A stretch of DNA of 64,000 nucleotides from Terriglobia bacterium (GCA_963666975.2 CAXVYR010000003.1:480001-544000); one strand, 5' to 3'. Shown: positions 1 to 10,682, counted from the stretch's first letter. The notes: generated from the sequence alone by a model not told the origin. Translations and numbers: made by a program.

Positions 1-1
1 G

Positions 2-187
2 GAGGGAGACACGGAGCTGGCTGCCGAGGGCGGCTACACCGTCGTTTGCGTGGACAGGAAGCGGTTTCAGTCCATCCCGTTGCACTCCCAGGTGCTGGAA
101 ATTCTACAGGATTATCTCCCTCCGGCGACGGCCTCTACTGGCAAAGCATCTGGGAAAAGGGGTAGGGGAGGGAAGGGAAGCCCTTAG
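2..187 (+). CDS. 3' end of a probable acyl-CoA thioesterase (4HBT/YbgC hot-dog family), truncated by the window edge
   Basis: Frame 2 reads [27 protein letters not shown]...SP*, resembling the C-terminal strand of hot-dog thioesterases; stop TAG at 185-187. Confidence 0.55.
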   Translation, partial: EGDTELAAEGGYTVVCVDRKRFQSIPLHSQVLEILQDYLPPATASTGKASGKRGRGGKGSP

Positions 188-1026
188 CGGAGCAGATCTT
201 CCAAACGGATGGACTGGTCGGTCTTCGAGTCGCGGTATTTGACGATCACCGGCGTGTACAGCGAAAGGTTCCACTGCTTGCCCCAGCCGCCCGGAAGCGC
301 ACGCGATCCCGGAACCACCACAGCCTGCGGAGGAATCACCAGGGGGCTGTCGCCGTCGCGGCGGTAAATCTTTTCCCGTACCAAATCATAAACCGGCGTG
401 GAGCCGGTCAGGATCGTTCCAGCGCCGACCACAGCCTGCTGCTTTACCACCGTGCCTTCATAGACGCCGCAGTTTCCCCCGATCAAGACATCGTCCTCAA
501 TGATCACGGGAAGGGCCCCCACGGGCTCCAGAACGCCTCCAAGCTGGCTGGCGGCGCTGAGGTGGACCCGTTTGCCCACTTGCGCGCAGGAGCCGACCAG
601 CGCGTGCGAGTCGATCATGGTGCCCTCATCGACATACGCTCCCACGTTGACATACATGGGCGGCATGCAGGTTACGCCTTTGCCGATATAGCAACCGTCT
701 CGGATCGAAGACCCCCCGGGCACAATACGGACGCCGTGGTCAATTTCAAACTTTTTCAGGGGAAAAGTGTCTTTGTCGAAATAACGGAATTGCTCGTCAA
801 TCGACATGTTCTCCAGCATGCCGATCCGGAATCCAAGCAAAATCCCTTTTTTGACCCAGGGGTTCACCTTCCAGCCGCTGGGTTCGGCTCCCTGGACGGC
901 TGCCGCCGCGCGAATCTCACCGCTATTGAGTCCTTTTTTGAACTCCCGGAAGGTGTCGTAACATTCCTGCTCGTAGGAAGTCGTCTGCTGCTCGAAAAAC
1001 TGCTCAATCCGCTCCGCCAGCGGCAT
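184..1026 (-). CDS. dapD: 2,3,4,5-tetrahydropyridine-2,6-dicarboxylate N-succinyltransferase
   Basis: [31 protein letters not shown] and [15 protein letters not shown] hexapeptide motifs; ATG at 1026 preceded by an AAGGAG-rich RBS; downstream of dapA. Confidence 0.95.
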   Translation of the reverse strand: MPLAERIEQFFEQQTTSYEQECYDTFREFKKGLNSGEIRAAAAVQGAEPSGWKVNPWVKKGILLGFRIGMLENMSIDEQFRYFDKDTFPLKKFEIDHGVRIVPGGSSIRDGCYIGKGVTCMPPMYVNVGAYVDEGTMIDSHALVGSCAQVGKRVHLSAASQLGGVLEPVGALPVIIEDDVLIGGNCGVYEGTVVKQQAVVGAGTILTGSTPVYDLVREKIYRRDGDSPLVIPPQAVVVPGSRALPGGWGKQWNLSLYTPVIVKYRDSKTDQSIRLEDLLR

Positions 1027-1939
1027 ATTCCTTCTCCTTTTCCTTCTCCTTGGCCAGCAGCCCCAGATTCCGCAGAACTTGGGACAGCTTGGCTTGGTTG
1101 TCCGCATGGAGAGGAACCAGCGGCAGACGGTAAACAGGATCGATCCGGCCCATCAGGGCCAGGGCGGCCTTGACGGGGATAGGATTGCTTTCGATGAACA
1201 GTGCGTTGAACAGCGGAAGGAAACGGCGGTACTGGCTGCGTGCCGCAGTGAAGTCCCCGGCGTTCGCCTGGGAAACCATTTCGGTCATCTCCCGGGGAAT
1301 GACGTTAGCGGCCACCGAGATCACTCCGCACGCCCCGATTGCCATCAGCGGCAGCGTCATGGCGTCATCTCCGGAAAACACTCGGAAGTTTTCCGGGACC
1401 ATACTGAGGATCTTCTCGGTTTGCCCTACAGTGCCCGAGGCCTCTTTGACACCCATGATGTTGGGAATCTCCGACAGCCGTGCCAGCGTCTGGGGCTCTA
1501 TGTTCGAGCCGGTCCGTCCAGGAACGTTGTAGGTCAAAATCGGCAGGCGGGTGGAGGCAGCCAGCATCCGGTAGTGCTGAAAGAGGCCCTCCTGGGTGGG
1601 TTTGTTGTAATAAGGAGAGACCGAAAGGATGGCGTCGACGCCGAGCTGTTCGAGCGTCTGTATCCCTTCGCATACCCGGCGGGTGTTGTTGCCTCCCGCG
1701 CCGCCCATCACCGGCACGCGCCCTTTGGCCTCCTCCAGCGTGATCTCCACCACACGGAAATGTTCTTCCGAGCAGAGCGTGGGACTCTCGCCCGTAGTCC
1801 CGCAAGGAACCAGGAAATTAATCCCGGACTCGATCTGAAAACGCAGATGACGCCGTAAGGCGGCTTCGTCCAAACGCCCATTTTGGCTGAACGGCGTGAC
1901 GAGCGCCGTGCCGCAGCCTTTGATCTGATTTCGATCCAT
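1004..1939 (-). CDS. dapA: 4-hydroxy-tetrahydrodipicolinate synthase
   Basis: [30 protein letters not shown] and GVKEASG motifs. Confidence 0.96.
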   Translation of the reverse strand: MDRNQIKGCGTALVTPFSQNGRLDEAALRRHLRFQIESGINFLVPCGTTGESPTLCSEEHFRVVEITLEEAKGRVPVMGGAGGNNTRRVCEGIQTLEQLGVDAILSVSPYYNKPTQEGLFQHYRMLAASTRLPILTYNVPGRTGSNIEPQTLARLSEIPNIMGVKEASGTVGQTEKILSMVPENFRVFSGDDAMTLPLMAIGACGVISVAANVIPREMTEMVSQANAGDFTAARSQYRRFLPLFNALFIESNPIPVKAALALMGRIDPVYRLPLVPLHADNQAKLSQVLRNLGLLAKEKEKEKEYAAGGAD

Positions 1940-2015
1940 ACAATCCTTCCCTGCCGATAAGCTTAGGATACAAGAACAGGGGCCGCTGTTTAATGTATTT
2001 GTTTAGAATATTTGT

Positions 2016-2193
2016 TCAGAACCTCTCCGGAAAATAATATGTCAGCACGCTGTTCAGGCGCATGTCGGCGACGATCAGTTCCTTGTGCTGGGGGTTCAAA
2101 GCCACGCCGCGCGGCTTTTTCATCAGGCTTTCCGGCCCCCCGATCTTCCACCGGGGCGGAACGTCGCCGTTATCGTTCACGCTCCAGACACCG
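2016..2193 (-). pseudogene. Orphan C-terminal fragment of an NHL/beta-propeller repeat protein
   Basis: GVWSVNDNGDVPPRWKIGGP...KKPRGVALNPQHKELIVADMRLNSVLTYYFP looks like the last blade of an NHL-type propeller; the upstream sequence is not protein-like and only about 150 bp separate it from rsmI. Confidence 0.6.
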
Positions 2194-2340
2194 CGCATCG
2201 AAATCTCCTGCAATCCCGGTCGAAAAATGATTAAAACTCTTGTTTGAGAAGAATCATATGCCAAGCCTACTTTGGTTTCAAGCTCACCAGACGAGAGGGG
2301 CGAGACTCGAAACAACTGGCGCAGCGCTTCCGCTAGAGAG

Positions 2341-3273
2341 TCAGGATTGGAATTCCCGATAGGCTTGGCTCTTGGAAATGTGGCGTTCCCGAGCTACCGT
2401 CTTGAGGGCATCCATACGGCTCAATTTCTCCTCGCGCATCAGTTCTTCCACCCGTTCCCGAAGGGGTTGAGAGGCGAGGGTGGCGGGACCTTCATGCTCA
2501 TCCTCATCCTCATCCTCCGCCTGCCCGATCAGTAGAGTAATTTCCCCTTGAATGGAAGGGCGACCTCGCAAGTTTTCCAAGACTTCCGAGCAAGTTCCTC
2601 GCAGAAACTCTTCGTGGATTTTGCTGACCTCCCGGGCCAATACTGCCGGACGGTTTCCCATGACCTTCTGGACATCTTTGAGAGCCTCCACAATCCGATG
2701 GGGCGATTCAAAAACGATGGTAGTGCCGGCAAAATCCTTGAATTTCTCAAGCGTTTTACAACGGGCGTTTCTTTTGGAAGGGAGGAAGCCGGAAAAACAA
2801 AAGGAATGGGTAGGCAGGCCGGAAGCAACCAACCCGGCAACAAGAGCGGAAGCTCCCGGAACAGGCACAACCGGGATGTTGTGACGAATGCATAGATGAA
2901 CGAGACGGTATCCGGGGTCGGAGATGCCGGGCATGCCGCCATCAGAGACGAGGGCAATTCGTGCGCCCTCCTCCAAGGTCAAAACCAATTCGGCTGCCTT
3001 CGTCACCTCGTTGTGCTCATGATAGCTGGTCGTTCGGGTGGTAATCTGGTAGTGGTTTAGCAGTTTCTGTGTCTGCCGGGTGTCCTCGCAGGCAATCAAG
3101 TCTGCTTCACGCAAAACCCGCAACCCGCGCAGAGTGACGTCCTCCAGGTTGCCAATGGGAGTTCCTACCAGATAAAGCACCCCCTGCGAATTGCTTGGAA
3201 AGCCCCGAACTTCGGCGATGCTCTTGTCTTTCATGCGCTTTTTGCTCGCGTGCTCTTTATTTTCACAGGACAT
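2341..3273 (-). CDS. rsmI: 16S rRNA (cytidine1402-2'-O)-methyltransferase
   Basis: LYLVGTPIGNLED, ACEDTR, VSDGGMPGISDPG, FESPHR and REVSKIHEEF motifs; exact start uncertain. Confidence 0.95.
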   Translation of the reverse strand: MSCENKEHASKKRMKDKSIAEVRGFPSNSQGVLYLVGTPIGNLEDVTLRGLRVLREADLIACEDTRQTQKLLNHYQITTRTTSYHEHNEVTKAAELVLTLEEGARIALVSDGGMPGISDPGYRLVHLCIRHNIPVVPVPGASALVAGLVASGLPTHSFCFSGFLPSKRNARCKTLEKFKDFAGTTIVFESPHRIVEALKDVQKVMGNRPAVLAREVSKIHEEFLRGTCSEVLENLRGRPSIQGEITLLIGQAEDEDEDEHEGPATLASQPLRERVEELMREEKLSRMDALKTVARERHISKSQAYREFQS

Positions 3274-3383
3274 GCCCCAGTTTTATTGAGCATAGCATAG
3301 TTGTCTGGCGCGAGGAACCGGCGGTTGTCGCGGGCATAGGAGAGTTTCAAGGGTCGGTGTTACACATTTTTCCCGCTCAGCAG

Positions 3384-3413
3384 TTGACAGCGAAAAAGAT
3401 GCCTTGTTAGGAT
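3384..3413 (+). promoter_or_regulatory. Putative sigma70 promoter
   Basis: TTGACA (3384-3389), 18 bp, TG-n-TAGGAT (3408-3413), upstream of the TPR gene. Confidence 0.5.
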
Positions 3414-3477
3414 GCCATTAGCATTAATTGATAGACTGACTTCGATTTCCATTTCAAATGGGGAGCGAGAGGATTTC

Positions 3478-4238
3478 TTGACGCGCATAACACGGCAGGA
3501 ATTGAAAAAGAACGAATTTGCAATCCGGTTTGAGGAATTGCGGGAACTGTATCTCCGGCATCAGCGAAAATTAGCTCTTCTGGGCGGAGCGGTCCTGCTT
3601 GTCGCCGCCGTGGCTGCCGGGAGCCTGCTATATCTGAGGAGCCAGAAGGTGCTGGCTGGCGAAACCTTTGCACGCTATATCTGAGGAGCCAGAAGGTGCT
3701 GGCTGGCGAAACCTTTGCACGTGCCTTGGAGACCTACCATGCCCCGGTGATGCAGACCCCTCCGGCTAACATTCCCGATATGGTGTATTTCAAGACCAAC
3801 CAGGAAAAATATACAGAGGCATTGGAGCAGTTTCGGGAAGTTTCCGAGGGGTTCTCCTGGTTCGCTCAAGGAGAAATGGCGCGATACTATGCCGCCCTCT
3901 GCCAGCGAGGGTTGGGAAAGCTGGCGGAGGCAGAACAGGAACTGGCGTCCATCGCAGGAGGCGGAAATCGAGATCTGGCAGGCTTGGCCAAAATGACATT
4001 GGCGGATATATACGCGTATACAGGCCGCGAGGAAGAGGCCGGGAAGCTCTACGAAGAAGTGGGGAATAATCCCGCCAGCACGGTTCCCAAGGCTACGGCG
4101 CAACTGGCGTTGGCTGAGCTTTATCAGAAGACGCGGCCGGAGCAGGCCGTTGATCTGTACCAACAGATAGTGGATGATTACCCGGGCACGGGAGTCAGCG
4201 AATTGGCTACTCAACGCCTGGAAGAGTTAGCGGAATAG
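3478..4238 (+). pseudogene. YfgM-like membrane-anchored TPR protein, frameshifted by a 47-bp tandem duplication
   Basis: ORF 3412-3684 (ITRQELKKNEF, TM helix) and ORF 3696-4238 (TPR helices) join into one 237-aa protein once one repeat copy is removed. Confidence 0.8.
3627..3720. repeat. Perfect 47-bp tandem duplication
   Basis: gctatatctgaggagccagaaggtgctggctggcgaaacctttgcac at 3627-3673 and 3674-3720. Confidence 0.98.
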
Positions 4239-4438
4239 CTCGGGCGGAAGACGGGCCGTTCCAGCCGGTGGCACCTGCCGGTCGTAGCAGGTTTTGAGCA
4301 GCTCTTTGCGGCAGGTCTTTGCGGGAGAGCTTTGCGCGAGATCGTTGAAAGAGATCGTTAAGAGAGAGCTTTGCGAGTCCTTGTTTCAACCCATCTTCTA
4401 ACCTCCAACATTGATTCTAATCCTGGATTCCAATCCTG

Positions 4439-5602
4439 ATGCGGGAATTCGCCCTGAAACCGGAGCAAAGTCGCGGACGCAGGTTCGCGGAGCCTCCGCA
4501 TCCCTACCGCAATGACTACCAGCGGGATCGGGACCGGATCGTCCATTCCCGTGCCTTCCGCCGCTTGGAAGACAAAACGCAAGTCTTCACCACGCGGTAT
4601 TCCGATCATTTCCGCAACCGCCTGACCCACACCATCGAGGTGGCGCAGATTTCCCGGACCATTGCCGGCGTAATGGGCCTGAACGGAGACTTGGTGGAGG
4701 CCCTGGCTTTGGTTCACGACATTGGGCATCCGCCCTTCGGACACTCGGGGGAAAGAAGTCTGGATCAAATCATGCAGACGTTCGGGGACCGCTTCGAGCA
4801 TAACCGGCAGGCTTTGCGGATTGTGGAGAGTTTCGAGCAGCGCTACGCCGAGTTCCCTGGCTTGAACCTCACATTCGAGGTGCGGGAAGGCATTATCAAA
4901 CACTCTCGGGACTATCCGCCGGAGCAGTTCCCGGAGCTGTCCGAGTATCTTTTGGATCAGAGGCCGCCGCTCGAAGCGCAACTGATCGATTTAACCGATG
5001 AAATTGCCTACTACACCGCCGACCTGGACGACGGCTTTGAAGCCAAGTTGCTTTCGCTCGACTCGATGCGAGAGCAACTGCCGATTTTTGAGCAGTTTTA
5101 CTGTGAGGTGGAGCGCAGATATCCGCAGGTTGCTGTTAAGTTGAGGTTTAACGAGACGCTCAAGGGGATTTTGAACTTCTTGGTGACTAATTTGCTCGAA
5201 AACTCTCTGGCGCAAGTGGAAAAGCTCTCGCCGGAAACCGCAGAGCATGTTCGTGCGCATCCTCACCGGCTCATTGGCTTCAGCGAGGAAGCCGAGCAAT
5301 ACAAAAACCGTTTGAGGGAATATCTGTATCATCGGCTCTATCTCCATACCGCTTTTCAGGCGGAGAAGGAGCAGGGAATTCGGGTGGTGGAAACCTTGTT
5401 CCAATTTTACTTGGACCATCCGGAACGAATGCCTGCCTGGCATGCCGGGCAAGTCAAGCAGGTCCCGAAGCATCGGGTCGTCTGCGACTATATCGCCGGC
5501 ATGACCGACCATTATATTCAGAAGCTGCACCAAGAATTGATCGGCGGGCATTCCGCTGCCACCCCCTCTTCCAGTTCCGGAAGCCGCGATTCCCTGTTTT
5601 GA
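4439..5602 (+). CDS. dgt: Deoxyguanosinetriphosphate triphosphohydrolase-like HD protein
   Basis: QRDRDRIVHSRAFRRL, RNRLTHTIEV, HDIGHPPFGHSGE and DYIAGMTD motifs. Confidence 0.93.
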   Translation: MREFALKPEQSRGRRFAEPPHPYRNDYQRDRDRIVHSRAFRRLEDKTQVFTTRYSDHFRNRLTHTIEVAQISRTIAGVMGLNGDLVEALALVHDIGHPPFGHSGERSLDQIMQTFGDRFEHNRQALRIVESFEQRYAEFPGLNLTFEVREGIIKHSRDYPPEQFPELSEYLLDQRPPLEAQLIDLTDEIAYYTADLDDGFEAKLLSLDSMREQLPIFEQFYCEVERRYPQVAVKLRFNETLKGILNFLVTNLLENSLAQVEKLSPETAEHVRAHPHRLIGFSEEAEQYKNRLREYLYHRLYLHTAFQAEKEQGIRVVETLFQFYLDHPERMPAWHAGQVKQVPKHRVVCDYIAGMTDHYIQKLHQELIGGHSAATPSSSSGSRDSLF

Positions 5603-5672
5603 GTCCAATTGCCATCCGAGTGGCGTTTTCGCATATAATTGAAAAGGGGAGTACGCAGCGGAGGAGGGGAAT

Positions 5673-6185
5673 ATGTTCCTGAGTGTCCATGAATTGGAAC
5701 TGCAACCAATTGAATTTGCGGACACCCTGCCTCCGGGCAAAATCGATTTCGGCAGCGATGTGGTTCAGACGGAACCATTAGAAATTCGGGGTTCCGCGGA
5801 ACTGCTGGCTTCCGCAATCCGCTTGCGAGGCCAGCTTCGAACCGCAGTCGAAATCTCTTGCGCCCGATGTCTGGAACCGTGCCGGCGTGATATTGAGAAA
5901 GAGTTTGATCTGTTCTATAACCCGGTTGCCACGATCGCTCAAGAGGAAGTGATCTCTGTGAGCAAAGACGAACTCGAGATCGGCTTTTACCACGGCGACG
6001 GGCTGCTGCTGGAAGACGCCATGAAGGAGCAGGTCTTGCTGGATCTGCCGATAAAGGACATTTGCCGGGAGAATTGCTCCGGCCTCTGCCCTAGTTGCGG
6101 CCAAAATCTCAATCTCGCGGCTTGCGGCTGCAAAGCTTCTTTGGTGGACTCGCGCTGGGCTCCTTTGGCAAAATTGAAGAATTAA
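5673..6185 (+). CDS. yceD: DUF177/YceD family protein
   Basis: CARCL and C-x3-C-xGLCPSCG...DSRW motifs; canonical position upstream of rpmF. Confidence 0.9.
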   Translation: MFLSVHELELQPIEFADTLPPGKIDFGSDVVQTEPLEIRGSAELLASAIRLRGQLRTAVEISCARCLEPCRRDIEKEFDLFYNPVATIAQEEVISVSKDELEIGFYHGDGLLLEDAMKEQVLLDLPIKDICRENCSGLCPSCGQNLNLAACGCKASLVDSRWAPLAKLKN

Positions 6186-6369
6186 AGGATTGAAGGTAAG
6201 CTGTTTCGAGCTAAGAAACGTTGATTATTCGAGCATGACTGCCAGCCCCGACAGCCTTTCAGACGGGCGGTTATACTTTCTAATAGGAATTTCCTGCCAC
6301 TTCCAGGTAAAATCAAAAGTTCTGTCGATACAACATGGCAGGGTTTGTATTTGGACCTGGAGGAAATGA

Positions 6370-6555
6370 ATGCCCAACCCAAAACGGAGACATTCTCATT
6401 CGAGACGCAGGAAGCGCCGGGCGCACGATTTTTTGAGGGCATCGCTCGTGGAAGATTGCCCCAAATGTCATGAGAAAAAGCTCTCCCATCATGCATGTAA
6501 GAAGTGTGGCTACTATAAAGGGCGGCCAGTGATTGAGATCAAAGAAGCCGAGTAG
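6370..6555 (+). CDS. rpmF: 50S ribosomal protein L32 (zinc-binding type)
   Basis: MPNPKRRHS...CPKC...HHACKKCGYYKGR; GGAGG RBS. Confidence 0.96.
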   Translation: MPNPKRRHSHSRRRKRRAHDFLRASLVEDCPKCHEKKLSHHACKKCGYYKGRPVIEIKEAE

Positions 6556-6613
6556 CGATACATCCTGACAGCGGCACTCGGCCGCTCGAAGAGCCAACCG
6601 GCCATTCTCGCGG

Positions 6614-7684
6614 ATGTCAACTCAACCAATTACAATTGCTGTGGACGCCATGGGGAGCGACACTGCGCCTCACTGTGAGGTGGAAGGCGCCGTATTGGCC
6701 GCCCGCGAGTTTGGTGTCGGCATTGTGCTGGTCGGCAACGAGGAGTTGCTGCGCAAGGAAATGAAGCGCCACTCCATCCGCCGCTTGCCGGTTGAAGTGC
6801 TGCACGCCAGCGAGACCATTGCTATGGATGAGGGCGCTGCCCGCTCGGTCCGGCAGAAGCGGGACTCCTCCATTCGAGTAGCCGTGCGTCTGGTGCGCGA
6901 GGGCAGAGTACAAGGGGTCATCAGCGCCGGCAACACGGGGGCTGTGATGGCTACGGCCAAGATCGTCCTGGGCACGCTGCCCAGCGTCGAGCGGCCCGGG
7001 CTGGCAGCTTTGTTTCCCACTTCCAGCGGAAGTGTTGCCGTTATGATCGACGTCGGCGCGAACGTCGATTGCAAGCCGGAACAGTTGCGGCAGTTTGCCG
7101 TCATGGGGGAAACTTACTCGCGCCTCATGCTGAACGTTTCCAAGCCCCGCGTGGGTTTGCTATCCATCGGAGTTGAGGAATCCAAGGGCAATGAGTTGAC
7201 ACGGGAGGCGCATCGGCTCCTGCGGCATTTGCCGTTGAATTTTGTGGGAAACGTGGAGGGCCGGGACCTCTACAACGGCAACGCCGACGTCATTGTCTGT
7301 GACGGCTTTATCGGAAACGTGGCGCTCAAGATCAGCGAGGGGATGGTGGAAGCCATCAAGTATTTGTTAAAAGATGCGCTTTCCAGCACGATCGCTTCCA
7401 AAGTCGGATATGTGCTATCCCGGCAGGCCTATGCGGATTTTGCCAAACGGGTGGACTACTCCGAATATGGGGGCGCTCCTCTGCTGGGAGTCAAAGGCAC
7501 CTGCATCATTTGCCACGGCAGTTCCAACTCCAACGCCATTAAAAATGCAATCCGTGTCGCCGCAGCGTTTGCTGCCGGTGGTATCAATGAAAAAATTGAC
7601 GCGGAGTTGAGGATGCTCAGCCACGCTTCGGGCCCCAAACACCGGGGCCACGCCGCACCCTCGACCGGGCGGACCCTGCGCTGA
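6614..7684 (+). CDS. plsX: Phosphate acyltransferase
   Basis: [35 protein letters not shown] and GGAPLLG motifs. Confidence 0.96.
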   Translation: MSTQPITIAVDAMGSDTAPHCEVEGAVLAAREFGVGIVLVGNEELLRKEMKRHSIRRLPVEVLHASETIAMDEGAARSVRQKRDSSIRVAVRLVREGRVQGVISAGNTGAVMATAKIVLGTLPSVERPGLAALFPTSSGSVAVMIDVGANVDCKPEQLRQFAVMGETYSRLMLNVSKPRVGLLSIGVEESKGNELTREAHRLLRHLPLNFVGNVEGRDLYNGNADVIVCDGFIGNVALKISEGMVEAIKYLLKDALSSTIASKVGYVLSRQAYADFAKRVDYSEYGGAPLLGVKGTCIICHGSSNSNAIKNAIRVAAAFAAGGINEKIDAELRMLSHASGPKHRGHAAPSTGRTLR

Positions 7685-7736
7685 GTGCCTCGCAGGGGAT
7701 GTCTTTCAATTCGTTTCCGCAGGTGAATGAATCACG

Positions 7737-8675
7737 ATGAGGCAATCAGCCTTCCTTTTTCCCGGACAAGGCTCTCAGGTTCCCGGGATGGGGCGAGAGT
7801 TGAGCGAGAAGTTCTCTGTCGCCCGCAAGACTTTGGAAGAAGCCGACCAGGCTCTGGGGTTTTCTCTCTCCCGCCTGTGTTGGGAGGGACCTGCCGAAGA
7901 GTTGCAATTGACGGCAAACACCCAGCCCGCGATTCTGGCCTGTTCGGTGGCGGCCTGCCGGGTGTTGCAGGAAAGGGGCATCTCGCCCGCCTATGTCGCC
8001 GGGCATAGCCTGGGAGAGTATTCCGCTTTGGTGGCTGCCGGGTCCATCGACTTCCCCGATGCGCTCCGCACCGTGCGCCATCGCGGGCAATATATGCAGG
8101 AGGCGGTTCCGGCGGGGACAGGCGCCATGGCCGCCTTGCTGGGCCTGACACAGGATCAGGTGGAGGAGTTGTGCCGGAATGCCGCCAACGGGGAAGTGGT
8201 GACACCGGCTAATTTCAATACGCCTGGACAGATCGTAGTTGCGGGAAATGCTGGCGCAGTCCAGCGGGTAATGGAGAGCGCCCTGGCGGCTGGGGCCAAG
8301 CGAGCGTTGCAGTTGCCGGTGAGCGCGCCATTCCATTGTTCGTTGATGCAGCCGGCCCAGCAGCGGCTGGCCCCGGAACTGGAATCGGTGTGCTTTTCCG
8401 ACTTGACGTTTCCGTTGGTGAACAACGTGCGCGCCGAGGAAGTAAAAACCGGCCCCCAGGCCCGTCAGGGCCTGATCGACCAAATCCCTTCTCCCGTCCT
8501 GTGGGAACAGAGCGTTCGCCGGTTGCTTTCCCTGGGAACAGAGCAATTTGTTGAGGTGGGGCCGGGCAGGGTGCTGACCGGAATGCTGCGGCAGATAGAC
8601 CGCAAGATTCCGGCGGTAAACGTAGAAGATGAGAAGAGCCTTGACAAAGCCCTCGCTGCCCTGGACGGTGGGTAG
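7737..8675 (+). CDS. fabD: Malonyl CoA-ACP transacylase
   Basis: FPGQGSQ, GHSLGEYSAL, VSAPFH and EVGPG motifs. Confidence 0.97.
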   Translation: MRQSAFLFPGQGSQVPGMGRELSEKFSVARKTLEEADQALGFSLSRLCWEGPAEELQLTANTQPAILACSVAACRVLQERGISPAYVAGHSLGEYSALVAAGSIDFPDALRTVRHRGQYMQEAVPAGTGAMAALLGLTQDQVEELCRNAANGEVVTPANFNTPGQIVVAGNAGAVQRVMESALAAGAKRALQLPVSAPFHCSLMQPAQQRLAPELESVCFSDLTFPLVNNVRAEEVKTGPQARQGLIDQIPSPVLWEQSVRRLLSLGTEQFVEVGPGRVLTGMLRQIDRKIPAVNVEDEKSLDKALAALDGG

Positions 8676-8745
8676 CTCATTGGACGCCGATTCAGGCGGC
8701 CTTGCTATTGCCGGGTTCGGCATTTCTTGTGGGTGCTGATTTGTA

Positions 8746-9492
8746 ATGTCCTGGGATGACAAAATCGCCTTCGTTACAGGAGCTTCACAAGGCATCGGAC
8801 GAGCCTGTGCCTTGGTTCTGGCCGAGGCAGGCGCGCGTGTTGTCGTTGCCAGCAGGAACCTCGGCAAGTTGCAGAGCCTCGCCGGCGAGATCAACAAAGA
8901 GAACGAAACGGTTCGCGCTCTTCCGCTTGCTTTGGACGTTTCACGGGAAGATTCGATCAAGGAAGCATTTCAGAAGGCTGTCGAGCAATTCGGCAAGATC
9001 GACATTCTGGTGAACAACGCCGGCATTGCACGCGATGGGTTGGTGATGCGGATGAAGCGGCAGGCCTGGGATGAAGTGCTCGAAACCAACCTGACTGCTG
9101 CCTATCACTGCATCCAACAGGTTTTGCCGGGCATGGTGCGCCGCCGCCAGGGGAGGATTATTAACATCACTTCTGTCGTTGCCCAGATGGGAAATGCAGG
9201 CCAGGCCAATTATGTAGCCTCCAAGGCGGGGCTGATCGGGCTGACGCGGGCGGTGGCGCAGGAGGTGGCCTCCCGCAAGATTACGGTCAATGCCGTAGCT
9301 CCCGGCTTTATCGAGACCGCTATGACAGATGCCATTACTCCGGAGGTTCGTGATAAACTACTTTCCCGCATCCCGCTGGGCAGGCTGGGGCAAGGCCTCG
9401 ATGTCGCCCATGCCGTAAAATTTCTGGCCGCAGACGAAGCCGCCTATATCACCGGGCAAGTCTTGAACGTCAATGGGGGTATGTACCTGTAA
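8746..9492 (+). CDS. fabG: 3-oxoacyl-ACP reductase
   Basis: TGASQGIG, NNAG, YVASK and VAPGFIET motifs; follows fabD. Confidence 0.96.
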   Translation: MSWDDKIAFVTGASQGIGRACALVLAEAGARVVVASRNLGKLQSLAGEINKENETVRALPLALDVSREDSIKEAFQKAVEQFGKIDILVNNAGIARDGLVMRMKRQAWDEVLETNLTAAYHCIQQVLPGMVRRRQGRIINITSVVAQMGNAGQANYVASKAGLIGLTRAVAQEVASRKITVNAVAPGFIETAMTDAITPEVRDKLLSRIPLGRLGQGLDVAHAVKFLAADEAAYITGQVLNVNGGMYL

Positions 9493-9542
9493 GGCAGTTC
9501 AGCAAGACCCTGCGAAACCGCTATCCAATTCCAGCCGGAAAA

Positions 9543-10682
9543 TCATCTCCGAATCTGCGTTGCGTGCGAAGCCAAAATGCGGGCGATCCGCTCGCTGGCC
9601 TTTCCATCGCCATAGGGATTGTGAGCCCGGCTCATCCGTGCATACTCGGCGGGGTCCTCCAGTAGCCGCGCCGCTTCCGCCACGATCCTTTCTTGCTCGG
9701 TTCCCACCAGCTTCACCGTGCCCGCGGTGACTGCCTCCGGGCGCTCCGTGACTTTCCGCATCACCAGCACGGGTTTGCCAAGCGCGGGCGCTTCTTCCTG
9801 AATGCCTCCGGGATCGGTCAAGATGAAATGCGCACGGTTCATCAGGGCGACAAAAGGGACATAGTCGAGGGGATCAATCAGAAAGACATTGGGAAGATTT
9901 CCCAAAATTTTCCTCACCGGCTGTTGCACTTTAGGATTCAGGTGCATCGGATAGATCATATCCACATCGCCTCGGAGGGCAATCTGCCGCAGTGCCTGGC
10001 AGATTCGCTCGAATCCTTCCTCGAAGTTTTCGCGCCGGTGGCCCGTCACCAAAATCAGCGGCTTCTCCCCCTTCCAGTTCTCCAGTCCCGGAGCGGCGGA
10101 AAGGGAAGGCATACAGCGCTCGCGCACGTAATAAAGAGCGTCGATGATCGTGTTTCCGGTGACGTGGATGCTCTGCTCGGAAATCCCCTCGCGCAGCAGG
10201 TTTTCTTTGGACTGCCAGGTTGGAGCGAAATGGAGATCGCACAGACGGGAAGCCAGGCGGCGGTACATTTCCTCAGGGAAGGGGCGAAACTTGTCCCCCG
10301 TGCGCAGGTCGGCCTCCACGTGAGCGACTCGAATCTGAAGATAGTAAGCCGCCAGCGCGGCTGCGAAGGTAGTTGTGGTATCTCCCTGGACCAGCACCCA
10401 GTCTGGATTTTCCTGCTCCAGGATAGGACGCAGCCGTTCCAGGCAACGGACCGTTACTTGAAACAGGTCCTGCGCGTCTTGCATTACTTGCAAGTCGTGC
10501 TGGGGAGTAATCTGAAAAGTGGCGAGCACTTGATCGAGCATGCTGCGGTGCTGCGCTGTGACGCAGACACAGGTCGAGAAATGAACGGGATCCGATTCGA
10601 GCGTATGGATCAACGGAGCCAGCTTGATGGCTTCCGGGCGCGTGCCGAAAACTGCCAGAATTTTTTGCCGGGAGGTTTTCAT
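9543..10682 (-). CDS. wecB: UDP-N-acetylglucosamine 2-epimerase (non-hydrolysing), several conserved motifs altered
   Basis: [27 protein letters not shown] and NPYGDG motifs. Confidence 0.92.
   Translation of the reverse strand: MKTSRQKILAVFGTRPEAIKLAPLIHTLESDPVHFSTCVCVTAQHRSMLDQVLATFQITPQHDLQVMQDAQDLFQVTVRCLERLRPILEQENPDWVLVQGDTTTTFAAALAAYYLQIRVAHVEADLRTGDKFRPFPEEMYRRLASRLCDLHFAPTWQSKENLLREGISEQSIHVTGNTIIDALYYVRERCMPSLSAAPGLENWKGEKPLILVTGHRRENFEEGFERICQALRQIALRGDVDMIYPMHLNPKVQQPVRKILGNLPNVFLIDPLDYVPFVALMNRAHFILTDPGGIQEEAPALGKPVLVMRKVTERPEAVTAGTVKLVGTEQERIVAEAARLLEDPAEYARMSRAHNPYGDGKASERIARILASHATQIRR

Noticed and set aside
2498-2518. Phase-variable repeat in rsmI (EDEDEDEHE); similar ETEP repeats in bshB1 and KE repeats in dapA
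   Set aside because: In-frame low-complexity linkers with unit lengths divisible by three; no switching effect expected.
4439-5602. Anti-phage dGTPase
   Set aside because: Short housekeeping-type Dgt in a core neighbourhood with native GC content.
7746-8960. Long antisense ORFs (also 9693-10754, 25066-26094, 48939-49964 and others)
   Set aside because: They are shadows of well-supported genes on the opposite strand, expected in high-GC DNA, and have no recognisable motifs.
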